Assembly (NCBI GenBank): GCA_018817165.1 | Contig: JAHITY010000088.1 | Span: 2,866 to 66,865, forward strand | Length of the DNA stretch: 64,000 nucleotides | Direction of reading: 5' to 3' | Origin: Candidatus Omnitrophota bacterium | GTDB lineage: Bacteria > Omnitrophota > Gorgyraeia > B26-G9 | Shown here: positions 46,888 to 57,070 of the stretch, in pieces | Numbering within the stretch: the stretch's first letter is position 1 | Layout of the letters: each line of letters begins with the position of its first letter | Program-made: the position numbers and the translations under genes | Notes under the pieces: model-generated | Seen by the model: the letters and a program-made list of their open reading frames with translations, nothing else | What the model was told of the DNA's origin: nothing | Databases searched by the model: none

Positions 46888-47921
46888 TATTGTTTTTCTC
46901 CCTGCGGATGATTTAAAAACTCAGCCGCTATTTCCGGAGGAGTGGGATTAATATAAAAGCCACTGCCCAATTCAAAACCCGCGACTTTTGTCAGCCGCGG
47001 CATAATCTCGATATGCCAATGATAATCATAATCAATGGTTTTCCAATAACCCGGAGAGGTCATCCGGCGAAAAGGCGCGGTATGAATAATATAATTATAC
47101 GGCGGATCCTGCAATGATACAGACAGCTTGCGCATAACTGATTTCATTATTTTAGCTAACCCTTCAGTATTCTTAAGATTAAAAAAATCCGCGGAATGCT
47201 CTTCCGGTAAAACCCATACTTCAAACGGAAAACGCGAAGCATAAGGCGCGAAAGCGATAAATCCATCTATCCGGTCAACAATCCGCGCTTGTTTTTCAAT
47301 CTCATGCCCAATCATATCGCAGAAAATGCAGCGCTCACGAAATTCATAATAGCGTCTGGCTCCAGCCAGCTCTTCTTTGACTCTTTTCGGATTTACCGGT
47401 AAAGCGATTAACTGCGTACGCGAATGTTTTATGGGACTAGCCCCGGCAACAATCCCGTAGTTTTTAGAAATCAAAACATATTTAATCCGCTCATCTTTTT
47501 CCAATTCCTGCATTCTTTGCACATAAACTTTAAACACTTGATTTATTTGAGCAATATCCAGATCAGCAATATTAGCAATATGCTTGGGCGTTTCCACAAT
47601 CAATTCATGCGCGCCAATGGCATTCATTAAATCATAAATCCCCATTCCTCTGCGTCCCAGATCTCCGCTGTTTTGCATCAAAGGATTTATATTAGGAAGC
47701 ACCCGCACATCCCAATCCGAAGTATTTGCGGATGTCTTTGATTTGCGCACAGCATAAATTTCATCCGGAGTCTCAGCCTCATGTCCTTGGCAAAACAAAC
47801 ATTCTTTTTCAGCACACTGCTCAGAAATTTTTTTAATCACAAGATCATGCGGCCGCTTAGCCCTTTCTGTGGAAATAATAACCCATCTGCCGATAATCGG
47901 ATCTTTTCTTAATTGAGGCAT
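46887..47921 (-). CDS. galT: GalT-family paralog lacking the nucleophilic His (HSRTQ)
   Basis: LRKDPIIGRWVII, CLFC, AHELIVE, AGASPIKHSRTQ, HWH. Confidence 0.88.
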   Translation of the reverse strand: MPQLRKDPIIGRWVIISTERAKRPHDLVIKKISEQCAEKECLFCQGHEAETPDEIYAVRKSKTSANTSDWDVRVLPNINPLMQNSGDLGRRGMGIYDLMNAIGAHELIVETPKHIANIADLDIAQINQVFKVYVQRMQELEKDERIKYVLISKNYGIVAGASPIKHSRTQLIALPVNPKRVKEELAGARRYYEFRERCIFCDMIGHEIEKQARIVDRIDGFIAFAPYASRFPFEVWVLPEEHSADFFNLKNTEGLAKIMKSVMRKLSVSLQDPPYNYIIHTAPFRRMTSPGYWKTIDYDYHWHIEIMPRLTKVAGFELGSGFYINPTPPEIAAEFLNHPQGEKQ

Positions 47922-47931
47922 ATAAAACTCC

Positions 47932-48020
47932 GTCGTGCGTATCGCGTATAGAGTATTGAGTTTTAAAAAATTGTATTATTTTGCTTTAACGCAATACGCA
48001 TTACTCAATACGCAATACTA
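47932..48020. repeat. Inverted pair of heptamer arrays (GCGTAT.. / ..ATACGC)
   Basis: gtgcgtatcgcgtatagagtattgag ... cgcaatacgcattactcaatacgcaatac. Confidence 0.7.
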
Positions 48021-48022
48021 TT

Positions 48023-48964
48023 TTAATTTCCAAAAATATCTCCGCCCTTAAGATTATGCCCATTTACAAAATCATAGGCATTCATTGCTTTTTTACCTTC
48101 TAACTGTAAACTCTCGATCAACAAAGCTTGACTGCCGGTCATAACCACAATCCCCGCATGCTTTTCAATTTGCACAATTTCTCCAGGAATTTGAGCAGTA
48201 TTTTCCAAGCGATCAAAAGCCAGCACCTTAGTTTTAAGGATTTTTAATAATTTACCTTTATAATGAGTAAAGGCACAGGGCCAAGGCAATAAGCCTCTTA
48301 CTTTATTATGAATACAATCAGCCGAATCACGCCAATCGATCAACCCATTTTCTTTTTTTAATTTTTTCGCCACACTAACTTTACTCTGGTCTTGGGGGAC
48401 GAATTTTTCCTGATTTTTTTCAATCAAGTCAATTGACTCAAGCAATGCCTCAGCTCCGAGTACAGCCAGCTTATCCAATAAAACCACCGCGTCATCATCA
48501 TTGATTTCTAGGCTTTTTGATAAAACAATATCTCCTCCGTCCATTGTTTCATTCATCTTCATAATCGTAACACCACTGAGCTTATCGCCATTAATAATCG
48601 CGTAATTTATCGGTGCAGCTCCTCGCCATTTTGGCAAAAGCGAAGAATGCACATTCAGACAAAATTCCCGGGGAATCTCAAGCAATTGATTGCTTAGTTT
48701 CTGTCCAAAACTAACCACCACAAACAAATCCGCGTTAAAACTTTTCAATTGTTCGACGATCTCCGGAGCGCTGACTATTTCCGGCTGGAAAATCGGCAAA
48801 TTATATTCTTCAGCATAAATTTTAACAGGCGTCTTACTGAGTAATAGATTTCTCCCCTTTTTTCGATCCGGCTGTGTATAAACCGCAAGCAGCTGATGCT
48901 TTTGCCGCAAAGCTTTTAAACTTGCCAGAGAAAAATCCGATGAACCAAAAAAAACTATTTTCAT
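48023..48964 (-). CDS. fmt: Methionyl-tRNA formyltransferase
   Basis: VYTQPDR, NVHSSLLPKWRGAAPI, MDGGD. Confidence 0.97.
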   Translation of the reverse strand: MKIVFFGSSDFSLASLKALRQKHQLLAVYTQPDRKKGRNLLLSKTPVKIYAEEYNLPIFQPEIVSAPEIVEQLKSFNADLFVVVSFGQKLSNQLLEIPREFCLNVHSSLLPKWRGAAPINYAIINGDKLSGVTIMKMNETMDGGDIVLSKSLEINDDDAVVLLDKLAVLGAEALLESIDLIEKNQEKFVPQDQSKVSVAKKLKKENGLIDWRDSADCIHNKVRGLLPWPCAFTHYKGKLLKILKTKVLAFDRLENTAQIPGEIVQIEKHAGIVVMTGSQALLIESLQLEGKKAMNAYDFVNGHNLKGGDIFGN

Positions 48965-49195
48965 AAAATATCTCTATTGCCTTCTGTTCCTAGCGTATAG
49001 CGATTTTTAAAAGTCACAAGGACACAAAGTCGCCAGGTTTATATTTCATTTAATTGCTCTAATTAACCTAATTATTCTAATTTCTAAACAATTACCAATG
49101 ATATTAATTCTCAAAAATTATTTTAGTTTGTTAACTTTTTTAAGTTAGGTCAATTAGAAATTAGTAATTATTTTTCTGTCTTCTGTTCTCTTTGT

Positions 49196-49224
49196 TTGAC
49201 AATCCCGCTTATTTTACTTACAAT
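49196..49224 (+). promoter_or_regulatory. Near-consensus sigma70 promoter abutting an ATG
   Basis: TTGACA (49196-49201), 17 nt, TACAAT (49219-49224), ATG at 49232. Confidence 0.7.
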
Positions 49225-49231
49225 ACACATT

Positions 49232-49840
49232 ATGGAAAATGATAAAAATACTCTAGATAACGAATTCTATGAAAAAGCCGTCTCTTTATACAGAAAAAAA
49301 AACTACGCCTATGCCATTGAGTTATTAACTCAAGTCCTTCAAGAAAATCCTGAACATCAAGATTGCCAGCGTTATCTATGGGACTGTATCCGTCAAAAAA
49401 ATGCTCTGATCAAACAATCACTTTCATCAATAATAATTAAAAAACTAAAAATATTCATCTTAACTATAAAATTTTTAATTATCAGTATAAACCAAACAAA
49501 TGATCAAACCCTAGAGCTTATCAAAAAAATAATTCTCCTTGATCCTAATAATATCTCTGCATTATTTAAACTATCCGCTGAGTACTCCAAGTTAAATAAA
49601 AATATTCTAAAAATAACCGCATTAGAAGAAATTATACACATTGATAAAAATAACCTTTTGGCTTTAAAAATATTAGCTGATATCTATTATACGCAAAAAA
49701 CTTATGAAAAAGCAAAAGTTATAGCAATGAAAGTTTTAAAACTCTCTCCCCGCTATCTGCCGGCAGAAACTATTTTAAATGACATTTCCGCCTTAGGAAC
49801 AATTGAAAAAGGGTTTGATGAAATTAAACCCGCCACATAA
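49232..49840 (+). CDS. TPR-repeat protein
   Basis: YEKAVSLYRKKNYAYAIELL, LDPNNISAL, LALKILADIYY; start moved to ATG 49232. Confidence 0.75.
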   Translation: MENDKNTLDNEFYEKAVSLYRKKNYAYAIELLTQVLQENPEHQDCQRYLWDCIRQKNALIKQSLSSIIIKKLKIFILTIKFLIISINQTNDQTLELIKKIILLDPNNISALFKLSAEYSKLNKNILKITALEEIIHIDKNNLLALKILADIYYTQKTYEKAKVIAMKVLKLSPRYLPAETILNDISALGTIEKGFDEIKPAT

Positions 49841-49842
49841 AC

Positions 49843-49950
49843 CAGCGTATAGAAATTAGCGTTTAGCGAATAGAAAAACAAAAAGATTTGTTTACTCTAA
49901 ACTCTATACGCCATTTTTAGCTTTTGCTCTTCCTAAACGCTAAACGCTAA
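49843..49950. repeat. Inverted pair of heptamer arrays (TAGCGTT / AACGCTA) between convergent genes
   Basis: agcgtatagaaattagcgtttagcgaatag ... ctaaacgctaaacgctaa. Confidence 0.7.
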
Positions 49951-49959
49951 TCCCTGCTT

Positions 49960-51981
49960 TTAAATCACCATTCTCGGATCAACATCAATTGCCAACTTTA
50001 TTTTTGACGGCAACTTATTATCTTTTAATAATTCTTTAATTAATTTATTCGTGTTTAAAATATCCGCCGTATTCAGAATCAGCCCACAGCGAAAATAACC
50101 TTTTAATTTATAAATCGGCATGGGCATCGGTCCAATCATGCTTATTTCTAAACCCTTAATTTTCAGCATTAATTTTTGGCCAAGATTTTCCGCAGCGGAA
50201 ATAACAGCCTTTTCCTCTTTTGAACGAAGAACAATACTGATTAGATGCGAAAATGGTGGAAGGTTCAGCTGTTTTCTGAACAATAGTTCCTTTTCATAAA
50301 AAACCTTATAATCATGATTAATCGCGCATTCTATTGCATAATGATCCGGAGTATAAGTTTGGATAATCACCTTACCGGCTATTTTACCTCTTCCGGCCCG
50401 TCCAGCAACTTGGGTTAAAAGCGAAAAAGTTCTTTCCGAGGCCCGAAAATCCGGAAGATTCAAACTTATATCAGCGGAAATAACCCCCACCAAAGTAACA
50501 TTTGGGAAATCTAAACCTTTAGCCAACATTTGAGTCCCAACTAGAATATCGATTTTTTTATTTTTAAAATCATCTAATGCTTCAAAATGTGCTGTTTTTT
50601 TACGCATAGAATCAGAATCCATCCGCGCTATCCTTGCTAATGGAAAAATTCTGCTCAGTTCACTTTCCACTTTTTGCGTTCCAGTACCTAAATAATTAAT
50701 ACTACTACCACTGCATTTAGGGCATATCTGCACCGCTTGCTGCATATAGCTGCAATGATGGCAAACAAGACACTTTTTATCTGAATGATACACCAAGGAT
50801 AGATTACATTTAGGGCATTGGAGAACATATCCGCATTTATTGCAATTAACAAATGTAGAAAAACCCCGGCGATTAAGGAAAATAATTATTTGCTCTTTAT
50901 TTTTCAAACAACGACTTATGTTATCTTCCAGGACTTTGGAAAGAATCGGCAAACGCTTGAAGCGAGTTGACTGATTACTCATATCCACAATTTGGACCTG
51001 AGGTAATTCGCTGCCCTTTATTCTTTCCGGTAGTTCAATCAACTCAAAATCACCCTTTTTTGCCGCATAGTTTGATTCTAGACTAGGAGTTGCACTGCCT
51101 AAGATCACTGTTGCTTGAGCGATTTGCGCCCGCTTTATCGCCGTATTGATCAAATGATACCGCGGGGTATCTTCTTGTTTATATGTATTTTCATGTTCTT
51201 CATCAACCACAATCAATCCCAGGTTTTTCAAAGGACTGAATATCGCCGAACGCGGGCCGATCACAATTTTTGCCTGTCCACTTTTAATTCTCTGCCACTG
51301 AATGAATTTCTCGCCAGCACTTAAACGGCTATGTACCAGCGCGATTTTTTCTTTACCAAACTTTTCCGTAAACCACTGTACAGTCTGAGGCGTAAGCGCA
51401 ATTTCCGGAATAAAAACCAACACATCGCGCCCTTGCTTTAAAGTTTGCTCAATTGCTCCAAAATAAACCTCAGTTTTACCACTAGCAGTAATTCCATGCA
51501 ATAAAAAAACATTAAATTCCCGCTTAACAATACTTTGGTTTAATTGCAGCAAAGCTTTGGTTTGATAACTAGTAAGAATATTTTTCACTACTTTTTTTTC
51601 ATAATCAATCCCAGGCATCAACTGGCTGGCCAGCCGGGGTTTAATTGAAGTCTTTCCTTTTTTAAACGGCATGGCAATAGCAGCATCAATTGCCTCGCCC
51701 CAGGAGCATAAATAATAATCGGCAATCCAACGAGTCAGCTCAAGTATTTCCGAAGATAGTATGGGCTCTTTATCAATAACTGATTTGATCTCTTTAATCC
51801 GGGTAATCGCGGTAGAAGCACTGATCCCCACAATAAAACCAACAATTGTTCTATTACCAAAGGAAATCCAGACTCTTTTGCCGATCTTAACTAAAGGCTG
51901 TAAAGCTTGCGGAACTGAATAATCAAAAACATCATTCAAAGGTAAATTAATCGCGACTTGCACAAATTTATTTTCAGACAT
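49960..51981 (-). CDS. priA: Primosomal protein N'
   Basis: GITASGKTEVY, PEIALTPQ, VDEEHE, Cys-rich zinc region, QVAGRAGR. Confidence 0.97.
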   Translation of the reverse strand: MSENKFVQVAINLPLNDVFDYSVPQALQPLVKIGKRVWISFGNRTIVGFIVGISASTAITRIKEIKSVIDKEPILSSEILELTRWIADYYLCSWGEAIDAAIAMPFKKGKTSIKPRLASQLMPGIDYEKKVVKNILTSYQTKALLQLNQSIVKREFNVFLLHGITASGKTEVYFGAIEQTLKQGRDVLVFIPEIALTPQTVQWFTEKFGKEKIALVHSRLSAGEKFIQWQRIKSGQAKIVIGPRSAIFSPLKNLGLIVVDEEHENTYKQEDTPRYHLINTAIKRAQIAQATVILGSATPSLESNYAAKKGDFELIELPERIKGSELPQVQIVDMSNQSTRFKRLPILSKVLEDNISRCLKNKEQIIIFLNRRGFSTFVNCNKCGYVLQCPKCNLSLVYHSDKKCLVCHHCSYMQQAVQICPKCSGSSINYLGTGTQKVESELSRIFPLARIARMDSDSMRKKTAHFEALDDFKNKKIDILVGTQMLAKGLDFPNVTLVGVISADISLNLPDFRASERTFSLLTQVAGRAGRGKIAGKVIIQTYTPDHYAIECAINHDYKVFYEKELLFRKQLNLPPFSHLISIVLRSKEEKAVISAAENLGQKLMLKIKGLEISMIGPMPMPIYKLKGYFRCGLILNTADILNTNKLIKELLKDNKLPSKIKLAIDVDPRMVI

Positions 51982-52021
51982 ATTTTCACATTTCTATTCT
52001 AAAAACGATTAAAACAATTAC

Positions 52022-52519
52022 TTATCCGGCAAATAATCCCTGAACCCCAACTGTAAGTAAAGTTACAATACAAGCGGCAATAAAAACTCCCAAACTAATC
52101 GCGAAAAATGAATCTCTTTTATTTAAGCCAAATAAAAAAGCGGCAATTGCTCCTGTCCAAGCTCCGGTCATCGGCAAAGGAATTGCCACTAAAATCACTA
52201 ATCCTAAAAGTTCGTATTGTTCAACAACTTTTGATCTTTTTCTCGTGCGGTCAAATAGCCAATCAAAAAATCTGTCCAGGACTTTGACTTTTCTTAATAA
52301 TTTCGCGATGGGCTCAAGCAAATATAAAAGCGGCAATACCGGAAGCATATTCCCCAGCAATGAATAGAAAAAAACCGTTTTAATCCCCATGCCCATTTTA
52401 ACAATGCCATAAGGAATTGCCAAGCGCAATTCAACAACCGGCATAGCGGCGATAATCGTAATTATCCATTCCGGAGAAAGTCCGTTTAAAAAAATCACCA
52501 ATTTATCAGTAATCATCAC
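52022..52519 (-). CDS. Putative small multi-drug export family membrane protein
   Basis: PVVELRLAIPYG, VAIPLPMTGAWTG. Confidence 0.85.
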   Translation of the reverse strand: MMITDKLVIFLNGLSPEWIITIIAAMPVVELRLAIPYGIVKMGMGIKTVFFYSLLGNMLPVLPLLYLLEPIAKLLRKVKVLDRFFDWLFDRTRKRSKVVEQYELLGLVILVAIPLPMTGAWTGAIAAFLFGLNKRDSFFAISLGVFIAACIVTLLTVGVQGLFAG

Positions 52520-53156
52520 TCTGCCATCCTTTTTCCCCGATCAGCGGCACAAAAACACAACCGCATTTTCCTGTTTTAAAAATCTGATTATTTTTTTTCT
52601 CAAACAATGTGAGTGTTTGCAAAGACTTGTCGCCGATTGGTATGATTAATTTACCATTATCCTTTAATTGTTCAAGTAAAGGCATTGGCACTTGCGGCGC
52701 GGCGGCTGTGGCAATAATCGCGTCATACGGTTGAAATTGAGCTAAACCTAATGTGCCGTCACCGATATACGCCCGGATATTATTAATTCCCATAAGTTTA
52801 AATCTTGCTTGAGCCTGCACAGACAAATGCTCAATTCGCTCAATAGTATACACTTGTTTAACCAAAGCAGCTAAAATTGCCGTCTGATATCCTGAACCAG
52901 TACCTAATTCTAACACTGTTTCATTACCCTTAAATTCCAACAGCTCGGTCATCAAAGCAACCATATACGGCTGGGATATGGTCTGTCCAGCGCCGATGGG
53001 CAAAGGACAATCATCATAAGCGGAATTAATCAATTCCACAGCAACAAATTCATGCCGCGGCAACTCAGAAAATACAGCAAGAACACGTTCATTTTTTATC
53101 CCGCGCCCGATCAGCTGAATTTGAACCATCTGTTTTCTTTTATCAATAAAATTCAT
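52506..53156 (-). CDS. pcm: Protein-L-isoaspartate O-methyltransferase
   Basis: GQTISQPYMVA, LELGTGSGYQTA, YDAIIATAA, FVPLIG. Confidence 0.97.
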   Translation of the reverse strand: MNFIDKRKQMVQIQLIGRGIKNERVLAVFSELPRHEFVAVELINSAYDDCPLPIGAGQTISQPYMVALMTELLEFKGNETVLELGTGSGYQTAILAALVKQVYTIERIEHLSVQAQARFKLMGINNIRAYIGDGTLGLAQFQPYDAIIATAAAPQVPMPLLEQLKDNGKLIIPIGDKSLQTLTLFEKKNNQIFKTGKCGCVFVPLIGEKGWQSDDY

Positions 53157-53158
53157 TT

Positions 53159-53830
53159 TTATTTACTGAACATACTTTTTATAATTAAATTGCAAAATCT
53201 AATTGTATCAGAAATCGGATCTATCAAGCTACGATTGTTAGTATATATACTTTTAATCGGAATTGATTCGATTTTATATTCATGCTTTGCCGCTTGGATC
53301 AGAATCTCGGATTCTGTATCGTATTTAGCAGTCAAGAGATTAAGTTTTTCCAGCACTGAACCGCGAATCAATCTAAACCCACATTGACTATCTGGAATTT
53401 TTGTTCGGGTAATCATTGAAATCAACAAAGAAGTAAAGTTATTTGTTAACCTGCGCAGTAAAGGCATGCCTTGCGGATCCCCCATCCGATTACCAATTAT
53501 TATATCCGCGTCAGAACTCAAAGCATAATTAATAAACTTATTTATCTCCTGCGGCAAATGCTGTCCATCAGTATCCATAATTATCACAGCATCATAATCT
53601 TTGCTCTGGATAAACTTAAAGCCAGTGCGCAGGGCCTGGCCTTTACCTTTATTCTCCTCATGGCTAATCACAATAGCTTGTGCTTGTCTGGCAATATCCG
53701 CGCTATTATCATTCGATCCATCATCAACAACAATAACATCCAAGCCATAGGCCCGAATCTGATTTATTATCTTGCCTATTTCTTTTTCTTCATTATAAGC
53801 CGGAAGTAAAACACAAACTTTCATGATCAT
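53159..53830 (-). CDS. GT2 glycosyltransferase (DPM1-like)
   Basis: PAYNEE, VDDGSND, DTDGQH, DSQCGFR. Confidence 0.93.
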   Translation of the reverse strand: MIMKVCVLLPAYNEEKEIGKIINQIRAYGLDVIVVDDGSNDNSADIARQAQAIVISHEENKGKGQALRTGFKFIQSKDYDAVIIMDTDGQHLPQEINKFINYALSSDADIIIGNRMGDPQGMPLLRRLTNNFTSLLISMITRTKIPDSQCGFRLIRGSVLEKLNLLTAKYDTESEILIQAAKHEYKIESIPIKSIYTNNRSLIDPISDTIRFCNLIIKSMFSK

Positions 53831-53835
53831 TCACT

Positions 53836-54010
53836 TAACGGTTCAGGTTGCAACTAAGTCAATTTTACAGTTATAGCTTTAAAAGGTTACGGTCAGGGTT
53901 ACGATGCCCGTTTCGGCTTACGGTAACGGCTGTCGTCTTAAAATTTATTGTTTTTAGCCTAAACCGTTTAACGTTACCGATACGGGTTTCGTTACCATTA
54001 AACCTTGCCG
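53836..54010. repeat. Degenerate hexamer arrays (ACGGTT / AACCGT) in inverted arrangement
   Basis: ggttacggtcagggttacg...cttacggtaacggc ... aaccgtttaacgttaccgatacgg...gttacc. Confidence 0.6.
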
Positions 54011-54050
54011 AGTGTCGACACATATCTGTTATTGCACAGCTCTGCGATTT

Positions 54051-54932
54051 CTAAACTACTTCTGATTTGCCTGCTTTCCAAAATTCATGAAACATAAACC
54101 ATTGTTTTGGATATTTTTTAATTGTTCGTTCAATCACCTTCACATACTGCTCAGTAATTTTTCTAATATCAGCCTGTTCATCGCCGGTATATTCCGGATA
54201 AATCGGCTGTTCAAAAATATACTTAAAATATTGATCATCTTTTTCATCCCGGATCACAAAAGCCGGAATAATTGCCGCTTTTGTCCGCAGACTTAAAACC
54301 GCCGGACCTTTGGGAGCGAGCATTGTTTTTGAGAAAAAATCAACCGGGATTCCGTTTTCTCCGGAAAAATCCCGATCACCTAATATTCCCACAATTTCAT
54401 TGCGTTTTAATGCCGCAAAACATTTGCGCACGCTGACTCCCACGGGAATAACATTAACTCCCTTGCTTTGCCTTTGCTCCGAGAAAAAATCATCTATCTT
54501 GCTGTTCGTATGAGTTAAAGCCACGGCATTCATCTTATAACCCATAATTCCCATAACCTGCGCGCAAAGTTCCCAATTACCCAGATGTGCTGTCAAACCA
54601 ATAACGCCATTACCTTTTTTCAGCGCTTCGTCCATATAATGCAGGTTCTCAATTTTTATAAATTCTTCAACAAACTGCTTATCGACTTTTGCCGCCCGGA
54701 AAAAATCTACCAGGTATCTGCCAAAATTAGCATAGATAAACCGCGGATATTTAACCAGATTAGGAGCATCTTCACCAACAATGCACTTAAGATTTCCCAT
54801 CATTGCTCTGCGCTCAGCCCGGCTAAAAAAGAATTTAAAGCCCGTAATAAAAACACTGATGCGATAACCTAATTTGCGGGGGATAAATAGAGCAATAGAT
54901 TGACCGATTCTATATAAAAAGTACAATATCAT
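54051..54932 (-). CDS. Lipid A lauroyl/PIM (LpxL/PatA)-family acyltransferase
   Basis: AHLGNWE, GILGDRD, PKQWFMFH. Confidence 0.9.
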   Translation of the reverse strand: MILYFLYRIGQSIALFIPRKLGYRISVFITGFKFFFSRAERRAMMGNLKCIVGEDAPNLVKYPRFIYANFGRYLVDFFRAAKVDKQFVEEFIKIENLHYMDEALKKGNGVIGLTAHLGNWELCAQVMGIMGYKMNAVALTHTNSKIDDFFSEQRQSKGVNVIPVGVSVRKCFAALKRNEIVGILGDRDFSGENGIPVDFFSKTMLAPKGPAVLSLRTKAAIIPAFVIRDEKDDQYFKYIFEQPIYPEYTGDEQADIRKITEQYVKVIERTIKKYPKQWFMFHEFWKAGKSEVV

Positions 54933-54941
54933 TGATCTGTA

Positions 54942-56072
54942 TTATTTCTTTGTTTTTTTTTCTATTAGGTCTAGAATAAGATCAGCAGCCTTAATCGCCG
55001 ATTGCGGCTGTGCGTGTTTTTGTGTATTCAGCTTCATTTGCTCTAACTTTTCTGGATTGTTTAACAGATCTTCAATTAATACCGCGGCATCCAGAGGATT
55101 TTTTGCTTTAACTGCCACGCCTTCGCTGAGTAAAAATTCTGTGTTTTTCGCTTCTTGTCCCGGAATCGGATTAACAATTACCAATGGAAGATTTTTAGTA
55201 AGCGCTTCCGCGGTTGTTAATCCCCCAGGCTTGGTAACCACTAAGTCGGAGATATCCATCAGCATTTCAACTTCTTTGGTATAACCCAGTACTGCCATTT
55301 TCTTTCTGAATAAAAGTTTTCTTTTTTCCAGCCAGCCGCGCAGCTTTTTATTTGTTCCACAAATCACAATAATCTGAAAAGGTTTTTCAATTGTATTTAC
55401 CGCGTAGATCAAGTCTTCGATCGGACCTAAACCCTGGCCGCCGCCCATAATCAGAATAGTGGTTAAATCATCATTTAATCTCAGACTTCTTCGCGTAGCC
55501 TCTTTATTCGTTGATTTAAAAAATTTAGGACTTATGGGTATTCCATAAGAAAAAACCCGGTCTTTTTCAATCCCGCTGCTGACAAAACGTTTTTTACATT
55601 GTTTACTGGGCACAATATAGGCAGTTACATTATCATACATCCAATAAGAATGCGGCGCGTAATCAGTTAATACTCCGATCAAAGCAAAATCCCGTTTACT
55701 TTTCTTTTTATAATCAGCAACCATGCCGCAGGGAAATGCCTGAGAACAAGCAACAACGTCTGGATTGAATTTAGATATCAATTTTTCCAATTTCTTTGAA
55801 TTTAATTTATGAATAAGTTTACGAAATCTGCGAGTCCGGCGGACAACTTTGGGATTATCATAAAGATATTCCCAAACCTCAGGCTTTATTTTAATAACTT
55901 TATTGTAAATGCTATTAATTACCTTTTCCAGTACGGGATTTGTGTAGTTAAAACAGTTCATATTCATAACTTTCACATCCGTACGCGCCAGATATAAAGC
56001 TTCTTCTATCGCCTTGGTAGCACGATGATGCCCTGAATTATTGGATATATATAGTAATAATACTCTTTTCAT
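54942..56072 (-). CDS. MGDG synthase/UgtP-family diacylglycerol glycosyltransferase (GT28)
   Basis: SGHHRA, VLTDY, MGGGQG, TKPGGLTTAEAL, PIPGQE; start placed at ATG 56072 (MKRVLL). Confidence 0.9.
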   Translation of the reverse strand: MKRVLLLYISNNSGHHRATKAIEEALYLARTDVKVMNMNCFNYTNPVLEKVINSIYNKVIKIKPEVWEYLYDNPKVVRRTRRFRKLIHKLNSKKLEKLISKFNPDVVACSQAFPCGMVADYKKKSKRDFALIGVLTDYAPHSYWMYDNVTAYIVPSKQCKKRFVSSGIEKDRVFSYGIPISPKFFKSTNKEATRRSLRLNDDLTTILIMGGGQGLGPIEDLIYAVNTIEKPFQIIVICGTNKKLRGWLEKRKLLFRKKMAVLGYTKEVEMLMDISDLVVTKPGGLTTAEALTKNLPLVIVNPIPGQEAKNTEFLLSEGVAVKAKNPLDAAVLIEDLLNNPEKLEQMKLNTQKHAQPQSAIKAADLILDLIEKKTKK

Positions 56073-56147
56073 AGCTCTCTTGGTTGATAATAGATAATAC
56101 ATATTATCATAAAAAAACTCAGATATCAAGAAATCACATGCTTTACG

Positions 56148-56187
56148 AAAAAATCCTCAGCCAAATCCGGTTTGCTGAGGATTTTTT
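56148..56187. terminator. Intrinsic terminator after mtnP (bidirectional form)
   Basis: AAAAAATCCTCAGC...GCTGAGGATTTTTT. Confidence 0.8.
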
Positions 56188-56209
56188 TAAAAATAAAGCT
56201 CTATATTTT

Positions 56210-57070
56210 CTACTTGATATACTTTGATATCAATAACTTAACTTTTTCCAACGCTTGCACAGGCATAGCATCGGGAGAAGTAATAATCGCGCAGGCCAAA
56301 GCATCCTGACAGGAACAAGTTATCGCTCGATCCATCATGGGAATTATTTTTCGAATAAATTCCTTAGCATTTTCTGAATTAGCGGTTAAATTAGCAATAA
56401 CTTTTTCCACACTAACTTCTTCATCTGCTTTCCAAACATCATAATCAGTGACCAAAGCCACAGTGGTATAACACATCTCAGCTTCCCGAGCCAGCTTAGC
56501 TTCTGGCAAAGCTGTCATCCCAATTATCGAAAAGCCCAACTGGCGATAAACATTTGACTCCGCGCGAGTAGAAAACTGCGGGCCTTCCATGCAAACATAG
56601 GTTCCGCCTTTGTGCACGGTTATTCCCACAGCTTTAGCCGCATCCAGCGCTAATTTACTCAAATCCGGACAATACGGATCAGCAAAACCAACATGCGCCA
56701 CAATGCCCTCATTAAAAAAAGTCGATACCCTTTGCTTTGTTCGGTCAAACAACTGATCCGGAATAACAAAATCCCGGGGTTTGAGTTCTTCTTTCAAACT
56801 ACCCACAGCGGAAATTGATAAAACCTGTTCAACTCCGATTTTTTTCAAAGCATATATATTCGCGCGAAAATTCAACTCAGATGGCGCGATTTTATGTCCC
56901 CGGCCATGACGCGGTAAAAAAGCAAACCGCACACCTTCTAAAGTACCGATAATAAGCTTATCTGATGTTTTACCATAAGGCGTCTCTACCTCAATAGTTT
57001 CCACATCCTTAATTGCTTCAATATCATAAATACCGCTTCCCCCAATAATCGCGATTTTCACCTTTTCCAT
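56210..57070 (-). CDS. mtnP: S-methyl-5'-thioadenosine phosphorylase
   Basis: IIGGSG, RHGRGH, EGPQFSTRAES, GMTALPEAKLAREA, VTDYD. Confidence 0.95.
   Translation of the reverse strand: MEKVKIAIIGGSGIYDIEAIKDVETIEVETPYGKTSDKLIIGTLEGVRFAFLPRHGRGHKIAPSELNFRANIYALKKIGVEQVLSISAVGSLKEELKPRDFVIPDQLFDRTKQRVSTFFNEGIVAHVGFADPYCPDLSKLALDAAKAVGITVHKGGTYVCMEGPQFSTRAESNVYRQLGFSIIGMTALPEAKLAREAEMCYTTVALVTDYDVWKADEEVSVEKVIANLTANSENAKEFIRKIIPMMDRAITCSCQDALACAIITSPDAMPVQALEKVKLLISKYIK

Noticed and set aside
53848-54054. 68-aa plus-strand ORF
   Set aside because: Product of the hexamer repeat region; no RBS or domain
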